Assembly (NCBI RefSeq): GCF_018977255.1
Contig: NW_024704742.1
Span: 74,960,001 to 75,024,000, forward strand
Direction of reading: 5' to 3'
Origin: Callorhinchus milii
Lineage: Eukaryota
DNA length: 64,000 nt
This document shows, piece after piece, positions 50,345 to 63,369 of the stretch (within the stretch, counting starts at the first letter, position 1; each line of letters opens with the position of its first letter). The notes under the pieces were generated by a model. It had not been told where the DNA came from. It worked only from the letters and a program-made list of their open reading frames with translations, and ran no database searches. The position numbers were made by a program, and so were the translations under genes.

Positions 50345-50708
50345 CTGGCATTTGCTGGTTGGTTGGGGCATTCTCTGAGCTGGCCTGATTCAGGCGTGTT
50401 GCAGTCGCATGAGTCTTTTCTGTCTTAATGTTCTCCTGATTGATGAGTTTTTCTGCTGCCACTGCTGCTGCCTTCTTTGCCTCCTGCTTCTTCTGCCGTC
50501 CACTTTTGACAGGCTGAGCCAGCATTCTCACCATGCGGGGGAACGAGTTCAGAACCTGAATAGCACCTTGTTTGATTTTTGCCTCCTGAGCTTCAGTGCT
50601 TCCAAACTCATCGGTCGGAGAGATTTTGTACAGAGGCAGGACATGGAGCTGCTCATCATCTGGTATTTGACCAATATGCCGATTATCCTCTTTGGTAAGT
50701 GTACATAC
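50345..50708 (-). CDS. TET2: TET2 exon [10 protein letters not shown]...[10 protein letters not shown]...AIQVL...QMP
   Basis: [10 protein letters not shown] and DEFGS motifs; 364 nt, phase 0 to 1. Confidence 0.96.
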
Positions 50709-51174
50709 CTGTATATTTGGGGAAAATATACAACAATCACATCTGGCTTTTGTAATAAAATTATTTCATTGTCTGATCTAAAAAGCTCCTGAGCAGCAAA
50801 AATACAGGCTGTTTGTATGTACATTACTCTGTGCACCATGAAGATCATTTTGCAGTCTGTTTTGTGGAAGGTACCAGATAAATAGTGAAATATTGTGAAT
50901 TTGTGGCTTGGCAATCTGCTCCATTCTGCAGATCCCGATCAGTTTGTCTAATTTAATCAGCTCTCATTCACCTCTATGTAAGTACTCGAGTAACTCTGGT
51001 AAAGCACATCCTGTTGAAGTACAATAAAGCTCCAGGGAGAGAGTGCAATCCATACCAACAATCTCTCTGGGATTTCCATGTGTGGGTGGAATGCATGGAA
51101 TTCTCAATTTGGTTTGGATACTCTTAAGCATGGTGATGGATTTTCTCATGTGTCAGACATCCGGCTGACTCCCC

Positions 51175-51678
51175 CATAAAAGTCCCCTTATCATTTTAAA
51201 CACCTCGATTAAATAGCAGCTCAAACTTCTGAACTCCAGGGAATACAAAACAAGTTTATGCCCGAATCCTCATAATTTAACCCTTTCGGCCCCAATATCA
51301 TTGTTGTAATCTGCACTGTGCACCCTCAAAAGCCACTATATCTTTCCTGAGGTGCCCAAAACTGAAAGCAGTATTCCAGATGAGATCTGACCAAGGCTCT
51401 GTATAACTGAAGCATTACTTCCCTCGCTTTTATATTCCAATCCCCTTGAGATAAGGCCAACAATCCATTAGCCTTTTTGATTGCTCTTTGTACCTGTGTA
51501 CTAGCTTTTAGTGATTTGGGAACTTGGGACACCTAAATGTCTTTGCTCCTCCACAGCTCCTAGTCTTTGAACCATTAGGAAAATATTCTGATCTGGTTTG
51601 AGACTTCCTGCTCCCTTCTACACAACTTACTGTGCCTCCTAACTTAATGTTATCTGCAAACTTGGACATAGAACCCTC
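51175..51678 (-). mobile_element. CR1 RT C-terminal fragment
   Basis: FADNIKL, MLQLYRALVRSHLEYCFQFWAP. Confidence 0.88.
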
Positions 51679-51679
51679 T

Positions 51680-51879
51680 ACAACAACAAGATTACAATGA
51701 GGAGGGCCTCAGTCTTGTTCACATTCAACTGTAGGAAGTTTGCCCTCATCCAGGACTTGATGTCCGACAGACAGTCTATCAGGACAGCAGTGGTCCTGGA
51801 GTTGAGGGTGGAGGCAGAAAGATAGAGTTGGGTGTCATCTGCACACATGTGGAAGTTGACCCCATGTCTTTGGATGATA

Positions 51880-51912
<33 letters not shown>

Positions 51913-52670
51913 CCTTGCATTTGATATAGCGCTTTTCACGTCGGGAGGACGTCCCAAAGCGCTTCACAGAACACACTGTAAAGTGAATTGACTGTATATT
52001 TTGAGGGCGAAATGCGGCAGCCAATTGCACACAGCAGTGCCCAACAAACAGTCATGGATTGAAGTGACCAATTTATTACTGTTTTATTTTCTTGAGGGAT
52101 TATTATCAGGCATGTGGAACTTGCCCAAGGTTTCACCCTACCGGGAATCGAACCCAGGTCTCTCGCTTGCAAAGCAAGTACTCTAACTACTGAGCTACAG
52201 GACTCCAAGAAGGCAGGGAAGGTTTTTTCAGGAAGGGGGTGATTATAGCTGTTTTTAGGGGTTTGGGAACAGTGCCAGATGATAGGGAGAGATTGATGGT
52301 GTCGGAGAGTAGAGGGACGAGGAGGTGGAGCTGGGAGGTAAGGAGAGGGGTGAAGATGGGGTCAAGGGAGCAGGTGGTGTGTTTCATGCTGGATGTGGTG
52401 TTGAATAAAATTAAGAGAAATAAAAAAAACTGTTAAAGCTATTAATTAATGATTTCACCAAGGGGGGAGCATGTAGATATTAAAGAGGAGAGGGCCGAGG
52501 ACAGAGCCCTGGGGGACGCCAGATGTGACAGTGCGGGGGCTGGAGGAGAAACCGTTAGAGGTAACAAAGTGGAGACGGTGAGAGATAGGAATCAAACCAA
52601 GCAAGGGCAGGTCTGTGAAGATTAAGTAAAGAGGAGAGGCAGTGTATGAGGATGGAGTGGTCGACAGTGT
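51680..52670 (-). mobile_element. L2 fragments interrupted by a minus-strand tRNA-Ala SINE (51878-52207)
   Basis: [45 protein letters not shown] head ends near 52207. Confidence 0.85.
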
Positions 52671-52718
52671 TATACTGACAGGTCTGTAGATACCAGATTT
52701 CACACAGTGTACACACAG

Positions 52719-53045
52719 TGGAGTCCTGTAGCTCAGTGGTTAGAGCACTCGCTTTGCAAGCGAGAGACCTGAGTTCAATTCCAGGCAGAGGGCGAAACCT
52801 TGGGCAAGTTTCCTTACTCCACACAGAGCCTAATAATAATCCCTCCAAAAAACAAAACAATAATAAATTAGTCAGTTTCAATCTACGACTGTTTGTGGGA
52901 CATTGCTGTGCACAATTGGCTGCCACGTTCACCCACAAATATACAGTCAAATTCACTTTACAGTGTGTTTTGTGAAGCGCTTTGGGACGTCCTCCCGACG
53001 TGAAAAGCGCTATATCAAATGCAAGGATTATTATTATTATTATTA
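52719..53045 (+). mobile_element. tRNA-Ala SINE, short subtype
   Basis: Near-identical to 30774-31095. Confidence 0.92.
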
Positions 53046-53414
53046 TATATAGTGTGCTGGGCCCCACTACAAACCTGCTACTGTGGGCAGAGTGTCTCTG
53101 GTCGCGCGTGTGTGGCAGGGGGAGTGCTGGGATCGCGAAAGCGACACAAGCGTGAAATCGGCTGCGCATGGTGCTCGTGGCCTAAACCGAGCTCCTGCAC
53201 CAAATTCTCAGTAAGTGGTGTATTATTCAAATTTTCAGTATTTTAAACAAAACTACATGTTCAGGAAATGCATGCCTGCAGTTTAATCCGGGTTGTTTCA
53301 CAAAATGCGTCTCTCAAAAGCACCAATCAACCCTCTGCAATTTCCCCCAAATGACCCACAATTTTAAGCAAATATTTCCGCACTTTTCCATTGGTCAAGA
53401 TTATGATTAACACA

Positions 53415-54180
53415 TCTCCTCACCTATTTACTTTAATGTCCTGGGTGGAAATCTCCTGGGGTGGAGATTTGTCTATCTTAATTCCTATTATTTTCTCCAC
53501 TATTGTTTCACTTATATTAAATCTAATAAATTCTTCCCCTTGACTTATTTTTAGGTTACCTTTACCATTGGTATTTTGTTCTTCTCCACTGTGAAGACAG
53601 ATACAGTCTGCCATTTACTACAACAACAACAAAATTACATTTATAGAGCGCCTTTCATGTCGGGAGGATGTGGGAGGACAATTTACTATTGTCCATTATA
53701 GTCTCGTCTTCGTCTAATTTTAACTGGGCCCACATTTCCCTTTACCATACTCTTTCTCTTATTATATTTGTAAAAACTTGCTGTTAGCCTTCATATCCCT
53801 TGCAAGTTGTTTTTAAATATATATTGCCTTCGTGCAGCTCTTATTACTTTCTTTGTATCCTTTTGTTGCTTCATATAGCTCTCCCACTCTGCTGGATTAG
53901 CACTTTTTCTTGCATTTGTGTAAGGCTTTTTTTTTATCTTGATACTACCACTTACCTTCTTGTTAATCATGGTTGCTTTACTACAAAAGTGGAATCTTTG
54001 CCTTTTAGGAATGTACTTGTTTTCTATCATATCAATTATTTCTGTAAATACTTCCCACTGTCTGTCTATGGTTTACTCATTACCAGATCAGCTCAGTTAA
54101 CTACAGTCAATTCATTTCTCATCTCTTCGAAGTTTGCCTCACTTAAGTTTAAAATCCTGGTATGCAACTCTCCCTTCTCC
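53415..54180 (-). mobile_element. CR1 ORF2 central fragment
   Basis: KSP..D...Q-type and KYIPKR, IRAARR segments of the CR1 endonuclease-RT linker. Confidence 0.75.
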
Positions 54181-54640
54181 CATTGGGTCTTCAATGAGGT
54201 GAGAGAGGAAGTGAGCCCAGGATGCAGTTCCAAATTTACGTATAACACAAGTTTCTATGTCACAATAGCTTTAATATCTCATATTCTTTGATTTTTAATG
54301 GAGTTAAGATTGTAATTGTGAATATTTATTTATCAAAGTAATATTTCTGGGTCTCTGAAAAACATATGTTGTGCTTATTGTCACTGTGTTGTGGAGGGCA
54401 GAGGTGTTAATCTCTCTCGTCACCAGAAATTATGAACGAAAGCGATTCCCAAAGCTTGCACAACCCCTTCCACCATCATGACCTCTGTGCTCAGTTTCAG
54501 ATTGATGACACAATCAATATTATCCAATTTAATAAATGTAAAACACAATTACATAACTCCACAGTCAATTGTAGGATCTGGTCCAAGTGAACACCTTGAG
54601 ATAGTTGCAATGCAGTGGTTACTTGGCGAACTGTACTTAC

Positions 54641-54778
54641 CACTGTACTGCCATTTTGCATGTTGTGCAGATCTCTATGAGCATGAGCACAAAAATCCAC
54701 ACAAGCAGTCACTCCTGCGAATGGACGTCCTTCCTGCTTACCAAGCCTACAGTCTGGTGCTCTCTGCTCAAATTCAAT
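54641..54778 (-). CDS. TET2: TET2 exon [46 protein letters not shown]
   Basis: Contains the Fe(II)-binding HxD (HRD) motif; 138 nt. Confidence 0.98.
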
Positions 54779-55610
54779 CTGCGTTAAAAAAAAGAAAACA
54801 TTTACATGTAGCATAAAACATCAACCAATTGTTGTTTAATCTGTGGTCTATCTTTTCCGCCCCTTGTTTCATTATGTTTTCTGTGCATCCTGAAGGATGC
54901 ATCAGATTGTGTTGTAATTTTATCTATAAATACAGTCCTACATTCTTCCTGTTTCTTACAGTGTTTCCTGACAGAAAGAAGTAGGTCAGACGTACTGAGC
55001 AAATTCATAGCATCAACAATTCAGTAATGGGAAATATATTCAGATAACAACAACAACAAGATTAGATTTGAATAGTGCCTTTCACTTCGGGAGGACATCC
55101 CAAGGCGTTGGATAAGACAATTTTTGCAGTTATAATACCCTTAGATTCAAGTTCCAAGGTTGGCTGCAAATTATTAAAGGCAGCTAAATATGAGATACAA
55201 AGCGCACCATCAAAGTGGGGCTGTTATCTCCCACATCTGATGGGAGTCTCCTTCAAAAGCTTTTACCCTCAAAGCAGACATGGCTGGTATTTTGTGGCAG
55301 GCAATGAAGTAAGTGGTCTTGCTCCCTCAAGGAGTACAATTTAGGAAGTTGGTGCATTCCAAGGAAACAATTATTTTTAAAATCAATGTTAACCGGGCAC
55401 TTTCTATGGTGCTGGGATTTGTATCCAGTACCTCAGAACTGTCTTGGAGGAGCAAACATTAACACAAAAAAATGTGAGGACTGGCCTCCTACAGTGTCAT
55501 TAATTTCTATGGTTCTGCAAAATAAATGTAATATTAACATAGCAAAACTGATTTAAGTGAACTATCATTTCCAAGAGTTAAGATTTGAAGGCTCTTTTCC
55601 AACTCTTTGC

Positions 55611-55834
55611 AACTATACAAGGACTGTAATCGTATAGAGAGGAGAAGCTTGCTGGAAATACCTCTGAAGAAGAGACTGGGTATAACAATAGGTTAACACT
55701 CTGATTTATCATCTTGAGGATCAACTATACAAGGACTGTAATCGTATAGAGAGGAGAAGCTTGCTGGAAATACCTCTGAAGAAGAGACTGGGTATAACAA
55801 TAGGTTAACACTCTGATTTATCATCTTGAGGATC
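55611..55834 (+). repeat. Exact 112-bp tandem duplication
   Basis: 55611-55722 equals 55723-55834 by direct reading. Confidence 0.95.
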
Positions 55835-56130
55835 TGGGTTCAAATTCATCCAACTAATGGGGTGATAGTTTCCTCTGTTTGCTGGCTGCTAGTGTCCTAC
55901 AAAGAATGAGTTAAGAGTGGTCTAAACTCACTTCCTCTTCGTGAAAATGGACTCAGTACAAAAGATTCTCCTACGTCAGCACTGAATTTCAGTGTCCTTC
56001 AGATTGGCTGGAGTGTAAAAAAGGAAACATCACAGTAATGCAGCAGCAAGTGCGCTTCCAAAGTTGAGATTAAAATCTATTCTTGGGGCAGATTAGTGTG
56101 CATATACGATTGTACCAAAGAGTTTGAACC
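55785..56130 (+). mobile_element. LF-SINE-like ancient SINE relic
   Basis: Ordered blocks ctgggttcaaat / tggctg / cctac / aatgagtt / gtggtct / cacttcct follow the LF-SINE consensus as I recall it. Confidence 0.5.
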
Positions 56131-57920
56131 TCTCATCCATTTTACAATTTGATTACTGTATACATGCTTGAGAGAGATTTCCAACAATAGTTTGTCTCAA
56201 CTTCCACTTGTCTTTGTCACAAAAGATCCCTCCCGTGTCATAGAATCATAGAATTATACAGCACAGAAGGAGGCCATTCGGCCTATCGTGTCTGTGCTGG
56301 CTCTTTGAAAAGATAATGCTAGCTTCTCTAGCCTCTCCTGATAACTGAAGTCCCATATTCCTGAACTTCATATCATAAAGTTTTCCCATCAGTTTTCAGG
56401 AAAAAATTCCCCTTAATGTGCACAGTGCAGCCAGCATCATCTGATTGAGATCATAGGGGGAAAACCTTTATTTTTACGGTGGGTCAAACAAAGGGAAAAT
56501 TATATTTAATTCCTCTTCTTAATTATGGGCCATTCGAAGTTACGATTCGTAGTGTTAGAAGCTGGGAATAATCTAATTGAATGGAGGTCAAGAGGCATGT
56601 TTGGAAAAAAAAGTGTTGTACCGCTGATAACATTTTTTCATTGGAGTGTTTCCTACAGCATTTCCTGCAGCAGTGACAAGCACTTGAGATTATTGGACAA
56701 TTCCCTCAGAGCACTTGCCTGATATCGAGCTACAGTTGCCCAGTTACAACCAGTGGTATGCAATACATTATCAAGAGTACCAGTAACTTTCATCTGCTAT
56801 TTTATTGTAACATTTTTTTAGAGAATGGTTTACTATAAAGCTAGTGACTGTGTATTTGTAGGTGAATTCAACACAGAATGTCCCACAAACAGCCACAAAG
56901 TGAGTGACCAATTTTATCTGGGGGATTGTTGGCATGACACCGGAAAAAATTCCTTTCCCTTTTCAAACAGTCCATGCAATATTTAACATCTACCTGAACA
57001 TGCAGAAGGGAACTTGGTTTAGTATCTTATTAGAAAGATGGTATTTCCAACAATGTTGTGCTCCCAAGTGCTGTTGTGTAGTTTTCAGCCTAGATTTACA
57101 GTTCAAAGTTGCGATGTGTAGCTGAACCCACAACCTTCTGACTCAGAGGCAAGACACCTATTACAGGTATTTCATTCCATCAATAACTTCTTAAATTTGT
57201 ACCCTCTCAATGCCAACTTGCCAACCAATGAAACTCCCTTCTCTCTTTTTGAATAGTACAATGGGATCTTTAACACCCAATTGAACATGGGGACCTGGTT
57301 TCTAATGAGCGCTTCTGCAATGCAGCACTGGAAAGTCAATTCACCTGCAGCATCTTTATCTATTACCAAAAAAGAATCAGTCATGTATCTAAATTATGCT
57401 GAATATTGATTTGTTCTTAGTATCAGTGCAACATGATACTGTTGAGATAGGCGCACACTACTCACTCGAAGTTTGACGTGAGGAAATGTCTATATCTTCA
57501 AGTCTGCCTTCATGAGAGCCAGCTTGACTTTTCCAGGCATGTCTCCTTGAAACCCTGTTTACTGCTTCATACAGGCTCCTCCACAGAAACCAGCACATTT
57601 GTAAGCAATGCAAATGGTGGACACATCAAATGGTACTCACCTGAAACAATGGAAGCAGAAGAATCCCAAGCCATTCAGACTGGCTGATTTTATAGTTGGT
57701 AAGGAATTGCTTATAAATTGATTTAATGCTTCTCTAATTAAAATTTCTTAAACCTTTTTAAGCTGGCAAGTTGCTGTAGCAAATATGATAAAAGCTTAAA
57801 CAAGATCCCTTTAAAATCAATGTATTTCCAATTGTATTCATCAACCTTTGGAGTGGGGTGTGCATTGGGTGGTAGCTATCTGTCTACCTGTGAACTGAAC
57901 CAGGATGGAGATCTACTCAC

Positions 57921-58010
57921 CTGGTTGTTGAAAGCATCTGGGGCGAATTTTTTGTAAGTCGGGGCCAATAAGGTTGCAAGATTTTGTAAGTTTGACTCAA
58001 GCCTTTCCTC
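57921..58010 (-). CDS. TET2: TET2 exon [30 protein letters not shown]
   Basis: TET similarity; 90 nt; cag| and |gtgagt. Confidence 0.97.
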
Positions 58011-58249
58011 CTGGGCAAAAAAATATAAATCAGTGTCAGAAACATCTGAGCAATTTACAAAGTCAGTGTTGAAACTACTGTATCCTCTGTCCAGACAGCT
58101 CCTGGGACAGTTGTAATTCACAAATTTAAGTAAATTAATCTTAGGTTATTTCTTAAACAATTCAAATTTCTTATATGTAAATACAGACCTGGTAAGTATT
58201 CATAAATGGAATTTGCACTCTCTCCTTGGAGGGACACATCCTACTTACA

Positions 58250-58740
58250 ACATCAACAACAAATTCCATTTATATAACTCCTTTCATGTCAGAATGTCCT
58301 AAGGAGCTGGGCAGTCAAGAGTTTGCATCTGAGCTGGGGGTTGGTTTCAGGAGGGGCAAGACAATCGAAGGGTTTAAAAGTGAGGCCGAGGATTCTCTGT
58401 TTCCCATCCTCTGGTGGATAGGGAGCCAGTGGAGTTGCACAGGGTGGAGATGATAGGATCATAGAGCCTGATGAGGAAGAGGACATAAGTTGCAGAATTC
58501 TGAATGGTCTGCAGCTTGTGGAGGGAAGATTTGGCAAGCAGGGAGTTGGCGTAATCAAGACTGGACGTGTTTAAAAGCATGGATCAGAGCCTCGGCAGCC
58601 CAAGGGGAGAGGTAGTGACAGTCGCAGGCGATGTGAAGGTGAGGGAAAGCTGAGCAGGTCAGTGCAGTGTGGTTTAAAAGACAGTTGAGTCGAACAACCC
58701 ACCAAAGTTCTGCACTGGCTTCAGGAGGTGAAATGTAAAT
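58250..58740 (-). mobile_element. Old L2 3' fragment
   Basis: TSSLDYANSLL..SLHKLQTIQNSA. Confidence 0.8.
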
Positions 58741-58896
58741 TTGTGTAGATTGATGCTGTCAGCACCTGAGAAGGCGCTGACGGCAGCCAAGTGGAGAGCC
58801 GCTATCTTGTTGGCATTCAACACAATTGTTAGATGTATGCACCAACACATTCTCTGATTGAGTACCTTGGTATAAACGATGAGGGGAGATACTCAC

Positions 58897-59047
58897 TTCT
58901 TTGGGGTCATCACCAAGCAGCTTGAATTTCCTTGGGGCTTTACTTCTTGCAAATTTACATCCATTATAATACATACTCCAGGAGCAGCCAAATGAGAATG
59001 AAGCTCCGCAAGTTTCCTGGTCTAACCCTTGGCAAGCACATGTCCGT
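58897..59047 (-). CDS. TET2: TET2 exon [50 protein letters not shown]
   Basis: Hallmark [22 protein letters not shown]; 151 nt. Confidence 0.98.
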
Positions 59048-62000
59048 CTGTAAGAAATGGTCAGAGTGATGATGTTTTAATTTAAATCATTCTCATGGCC
59101 ACAGAAAGCATGTTACGCAAACAGTTACCTTTGCGCATCTGCATTTCCAATACCAGCAATGAATGTGTGTGTTTATCGTCCCTTTGCAGGCTTCTCCTTG
59201 ATAAATTGGAAGTTTCTTTATTTAGTTTTGGAGCTATGTCATATGTCAGCCTGGCTCAGTGGTAATACATCTTGCCTTTGAGTCAGAGTCAGTTCAAGGC
59301 CCACATTGGGACTTGAATAATAATAATAAGTCTTGCATTTGATATAGTGCCTTATCACATCTTCAAGACTTCTCAAAGCGCTTCACAGAATATACTGTAA
59401 AGTGAATTAGATTTATATTTTGTGGGCAAAACGCGGCATAGTAGTGTCCCACAAACAGTTGTGGATTGAAGCAGGCACAATGATGACTGTGAAACAGACA
59501 AAATGTTTACCATGCCAGTGTCACCCAAAGCTGAACTTCACTGTTGATACTAGTGCAGATTGAAAGTTCTAAGGTTGACAATGAATTGTTTTACAGAGTG
59601 CTTAATTCTGATATCCTAATAACTGTGATAGTATGTAAAACAATCATTCTTTTTGATAAAGCACACTATCCAATATTTGCACTAAATAAAGTGCACTATC
59701 AAAATCAATATTTAATTTTGTAAGAATAATAATCATTTAATTTGATAAACTGAGGCACCTTTCATACTTGGGGAACATTTCAAAGTATTTCACAAGATAT
59801 ACTGGAAAGTGCAATGACTGTATATTTTTCTAGGCAAAATAGAATATTTGATTTTTTGACATGAGCTGCAGCACTAATAAGGTTGGATATAGAAAGTTTC
59901 TAGCAATTACTTATTTGGGTTAACTTCTTAACAAGAAAAGTGCACACAATTTAAGCACCGCATACACAAAATAAAAATAATGAATTTTATTTGTTCAGAG
60001 TTTTGCAAAGATAGTGTTAAAAAGGTTGTAAAAAATACTGTACTCTTAAAACAAATTGTGGAAGTGTATCATCAGACATATTCAAAGGGAGGAGGTGGAT
60101 AAATTAGTAGATGTTGCAAAACAGAGAATATAAAAATATTTACTGCAGTCACTGGCACATGGTCTCACATTTAAATCAAAGTTATTTAACTACTCAGAAG
60201 GAAAATTCTGCATGCCAAAAATTGTGACCATTAAGGCAATTTCCAAAGTAAGCAAATATTTATTTTACACAAAATAAATAAGAGCATGTTATTCACTGAT
60301 AAAATGCAGCAACCTTTCTTTGAAAGCATTGGAATGTTATACAAACTCTTCTGGGCTCTGTAGTTCAGTTTCCTCTATCTTTGTACAATACTGAAAACTT
60401 CAGCACAAGATGACGATGCACCCGTCAACTTCTAGCTATTGTAAGTCTCACTTTCCTAACAGAAAAACAGTCAGCGTTGTAGGTAGCTGCCCATTAGGTT
60501 TGGAACCATGACTAATTTGAACTATGGGCGCACTTCATCTTATCAAAAACTTACAATTCCAAAGACATGGATGAAAGTACACATTTTTATTTGTATTTGA
60601 ATTGCTTAGCCCTCATGGCCCACACCAGCTCCAGACATTCCTGTCCTGATGTCTGGAGAGATATCTCAATAACATAATCCTGGCCCTAGGAGGGGCAGAG
60701 TCCATTTTACGTCATTTTGATGCTGACATCATGTTTATTCATCACAGTCCATCAGAGAGATATCTAAACATGGCAAGATTTGGTATTACTATAACGTTAA
60801 ATGTGATTATAGAATGCTGTTGCACAATTGAGTTAAGTCCAGTGGATCTTTCACTGAATGATTATTAAGAAAGTTACCTGGAATTGCTGTTTGGATCTAT
60901 CACTTTAATTGTCAAGATAGTGTGGTAATACAATTTAAAAAAATAAAGCTGGATATGTAGGAAATCTTTTCCACACTCCAAGAAAAGTTAGTTGGGAGAC
61001 AGAAAGTTACACACTGTAACTCCCACTGATCAGTTCTCTATATGATTGCAGAAGCACATCATTCATTTTATATTCTAGGCATCTTGTAGTAAAGACCAGC
61101 ATCCCATTTGCCTTATTAATTACTTTCTACAGTTTCAAACTAGATTTTAATGAACTGTGGATTTCTCAGCTCATCTACCCCTCCTGATGTTTCCCCATTT
61201 AAAACCTTCTCCCAAATAATATTCTTTTGTGTACTACCAAATAGCCTACCAATGGTATACTCCACCTGCCATAGTTCTGACAATTACTTAATCTGTCTAT
61301 GTCCCGTTGCACTATCCTCCTTCGGGGGACGGGGGGAGAGGTAAGTGGGAACCTTGGAACTGAACTGGCTCCAAATGACTACAGAATATCGGAATCGAGC
61401 CAGCCCTCTGTGGCGGTCAAGGTAGTCTGGTTCCTGAGCTAGACGGATCCGCAGTATTCCAGGGTACTGCTGATGACAGCACAGCCAGCCTGACAGGACT
61501 TGGAAGAGCAGACCAGTCACTGGGGACAGGGTATCATCCTACTCAGCTTCTGTTAACCTTGCAACCAAGGCCCTAATGGGTAGGGTGGTCCTAGCTGGAC
61601 AAGCAGCAGGAAAGCTTGTTGGACAGCAATATCAATGGAAACCTATGTGGTTTTAGCTGGTTAGACTCTAGCAGTACCCCAATGCACTCTCTGGGGTCCC
61701 CAAGCCTTGGCTCTTGCCAACCTGCACCTAATACTTTCTGGAATTAAGCAAGCAAGATGACTCCCTCCATTCCAACATTCTATCTCTGGGATTTCCATGT
61801 GTAAGTGGGATGCATGGAATTCTCACTTTGGTTTGGATACTCTTAAGCATGGTGATGGGTTTCCACATGTGTCAGACAATAATAATAATAATCCTTGCAT
61901 TTGATATAGCCTTTTCACATCTTCTAGATGTCCCAAAGCGCTTCACAGAATATACTGTAAAGTGAATTGACTGGATATTTGTGGGCGAACGCGGCAGTCA

Positions 62001-62548
62001 ATTGCACACAGCAATGTCCCACAAACAGTCGTGGATTGAAAATGACCAATTTTATTATTGTTTTTTGTTTTTTGGAGGGATTATTATTAGGCGTGTGGAG
62101 TAAGGAAACTTGCCCAAGGTTTCGCCCTGCCTGGAATTGAACTCACCTGACCAACAAAAATCTCCTTGTATTTTTTGCATGTCCTCTTCACAATTTGCTT
62201 AGTGTCATTCACAAATCGAGAAATAGTCCATTTCTGAATCAATGATATAAAGGATACCTCACACCCTGAACCTCACATCCTGTGCCTCAAATACTAAACC
62301 TCACGTATTATACCTCGCACACTATAATAATAATTAATAATAATCCTTGAACCTTATAGGTGTATAGGGATATAGCATCTCATCAGGTTGCCAAAATGTC
62401 TCAAAGATCTTCACGGTATTTATTGCCACGTGGAATGACTGTATATTGACTGTGTATTTTGTAGGAAAACTCAAAAGTCAGCATCTCACATGTGCCTCAC
62501 ACTCACACACCCTTTTTGCACAAATAAGAATGTTAGAATCTTTCTTAC

Positions 62549-62757
62549 TCTTCATTAAGTGCACATCTTCGGCTAGTGAGGGCACCATGCTTCCTCAGAG
62601 TTTGAGTCAGTTCCACATACAGTTTGTCAGCGAGTGTTATTGGAACTCCTTCCCACACGAGAATCAGAACGATGACCACTGCAGTGTCACAAGAATGACC
62701 AGCTCTCTCCCGCACCAGGCATAGCAGCTTCTCCTCTTCACCGCTTCGACGAATGAC
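62549..62757 (-). CDS. TET2: TET2 Cys-rich domain exon ([37 protein letters not shown]...RRCALNE)
   Basis: Strong TET similarity; 209 nt, the size I recall for human TET2 exon 6; canonical splice sites. Gene continues beyond the window end. Confidence 0.97.
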
Positions 62758-63369
62758 CTGAAGTTACCAATAAAAACAAAGGTTCAGCTATTTAAAATCA
62801 GGTCCCCATTCTGAATGCTTTTAGTCTATGTATTCAAAAGTCCAACTTAATTATATTTCATTCTTTAAAAAATCCCACAAAATCTCTTCTGAAAGCATTT
62901 AACTGCTTTTTCTTTCTAGTTTAGGTAAGGTTTAGCAGCCTTTGAAACCTCGCCAAAGTGGCCGTTATTCTTGCAAGAACCTTGTCAGTGAGCTTGTTAT
63001 TTGACAATATGGGGTGGGGGTTATTATTGCTAACCTCAATGCTGTCCTCCATCCGTATTCCACACACACAAGATTGGTTCAGATGAAGAAAGCCCTTCAG
63101 TTCATTTGATCTCATCCTTCCAGAACACACACCCTCCTATCACCAAATCAAGGTATATTAATAATCCTTGCATTTGATACAGCGCCCTATCACATCTTCG
63201 AGATGTCTCAAAGTGCTTCACAGAATATATTGTAAAGTGAATTGACTATATATTTTGTGGGCGAAAAAAGCTGATTCTTAAATGTGTTCAGGACTCTGGC
63301 CTCATTAAACTTTCCTGTAACCAGCACAATCCAGTTGGTGTCTGCCCTGAGTTTGCCTTTGCAACCCTA

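Noticed and set aside
44446..62757. Assignment as TET1 or TET3
   Set aside because: TET2-type motifs ([26 protein letters not shown]) and convergent adjacency to a PPA2-type gene ending WHFLGK.
62921..63130. 69-aa minus ORF as an extra TET2 exon
   Set aside because: No TET similarity; overlaps an AmnSINE2-like relic.
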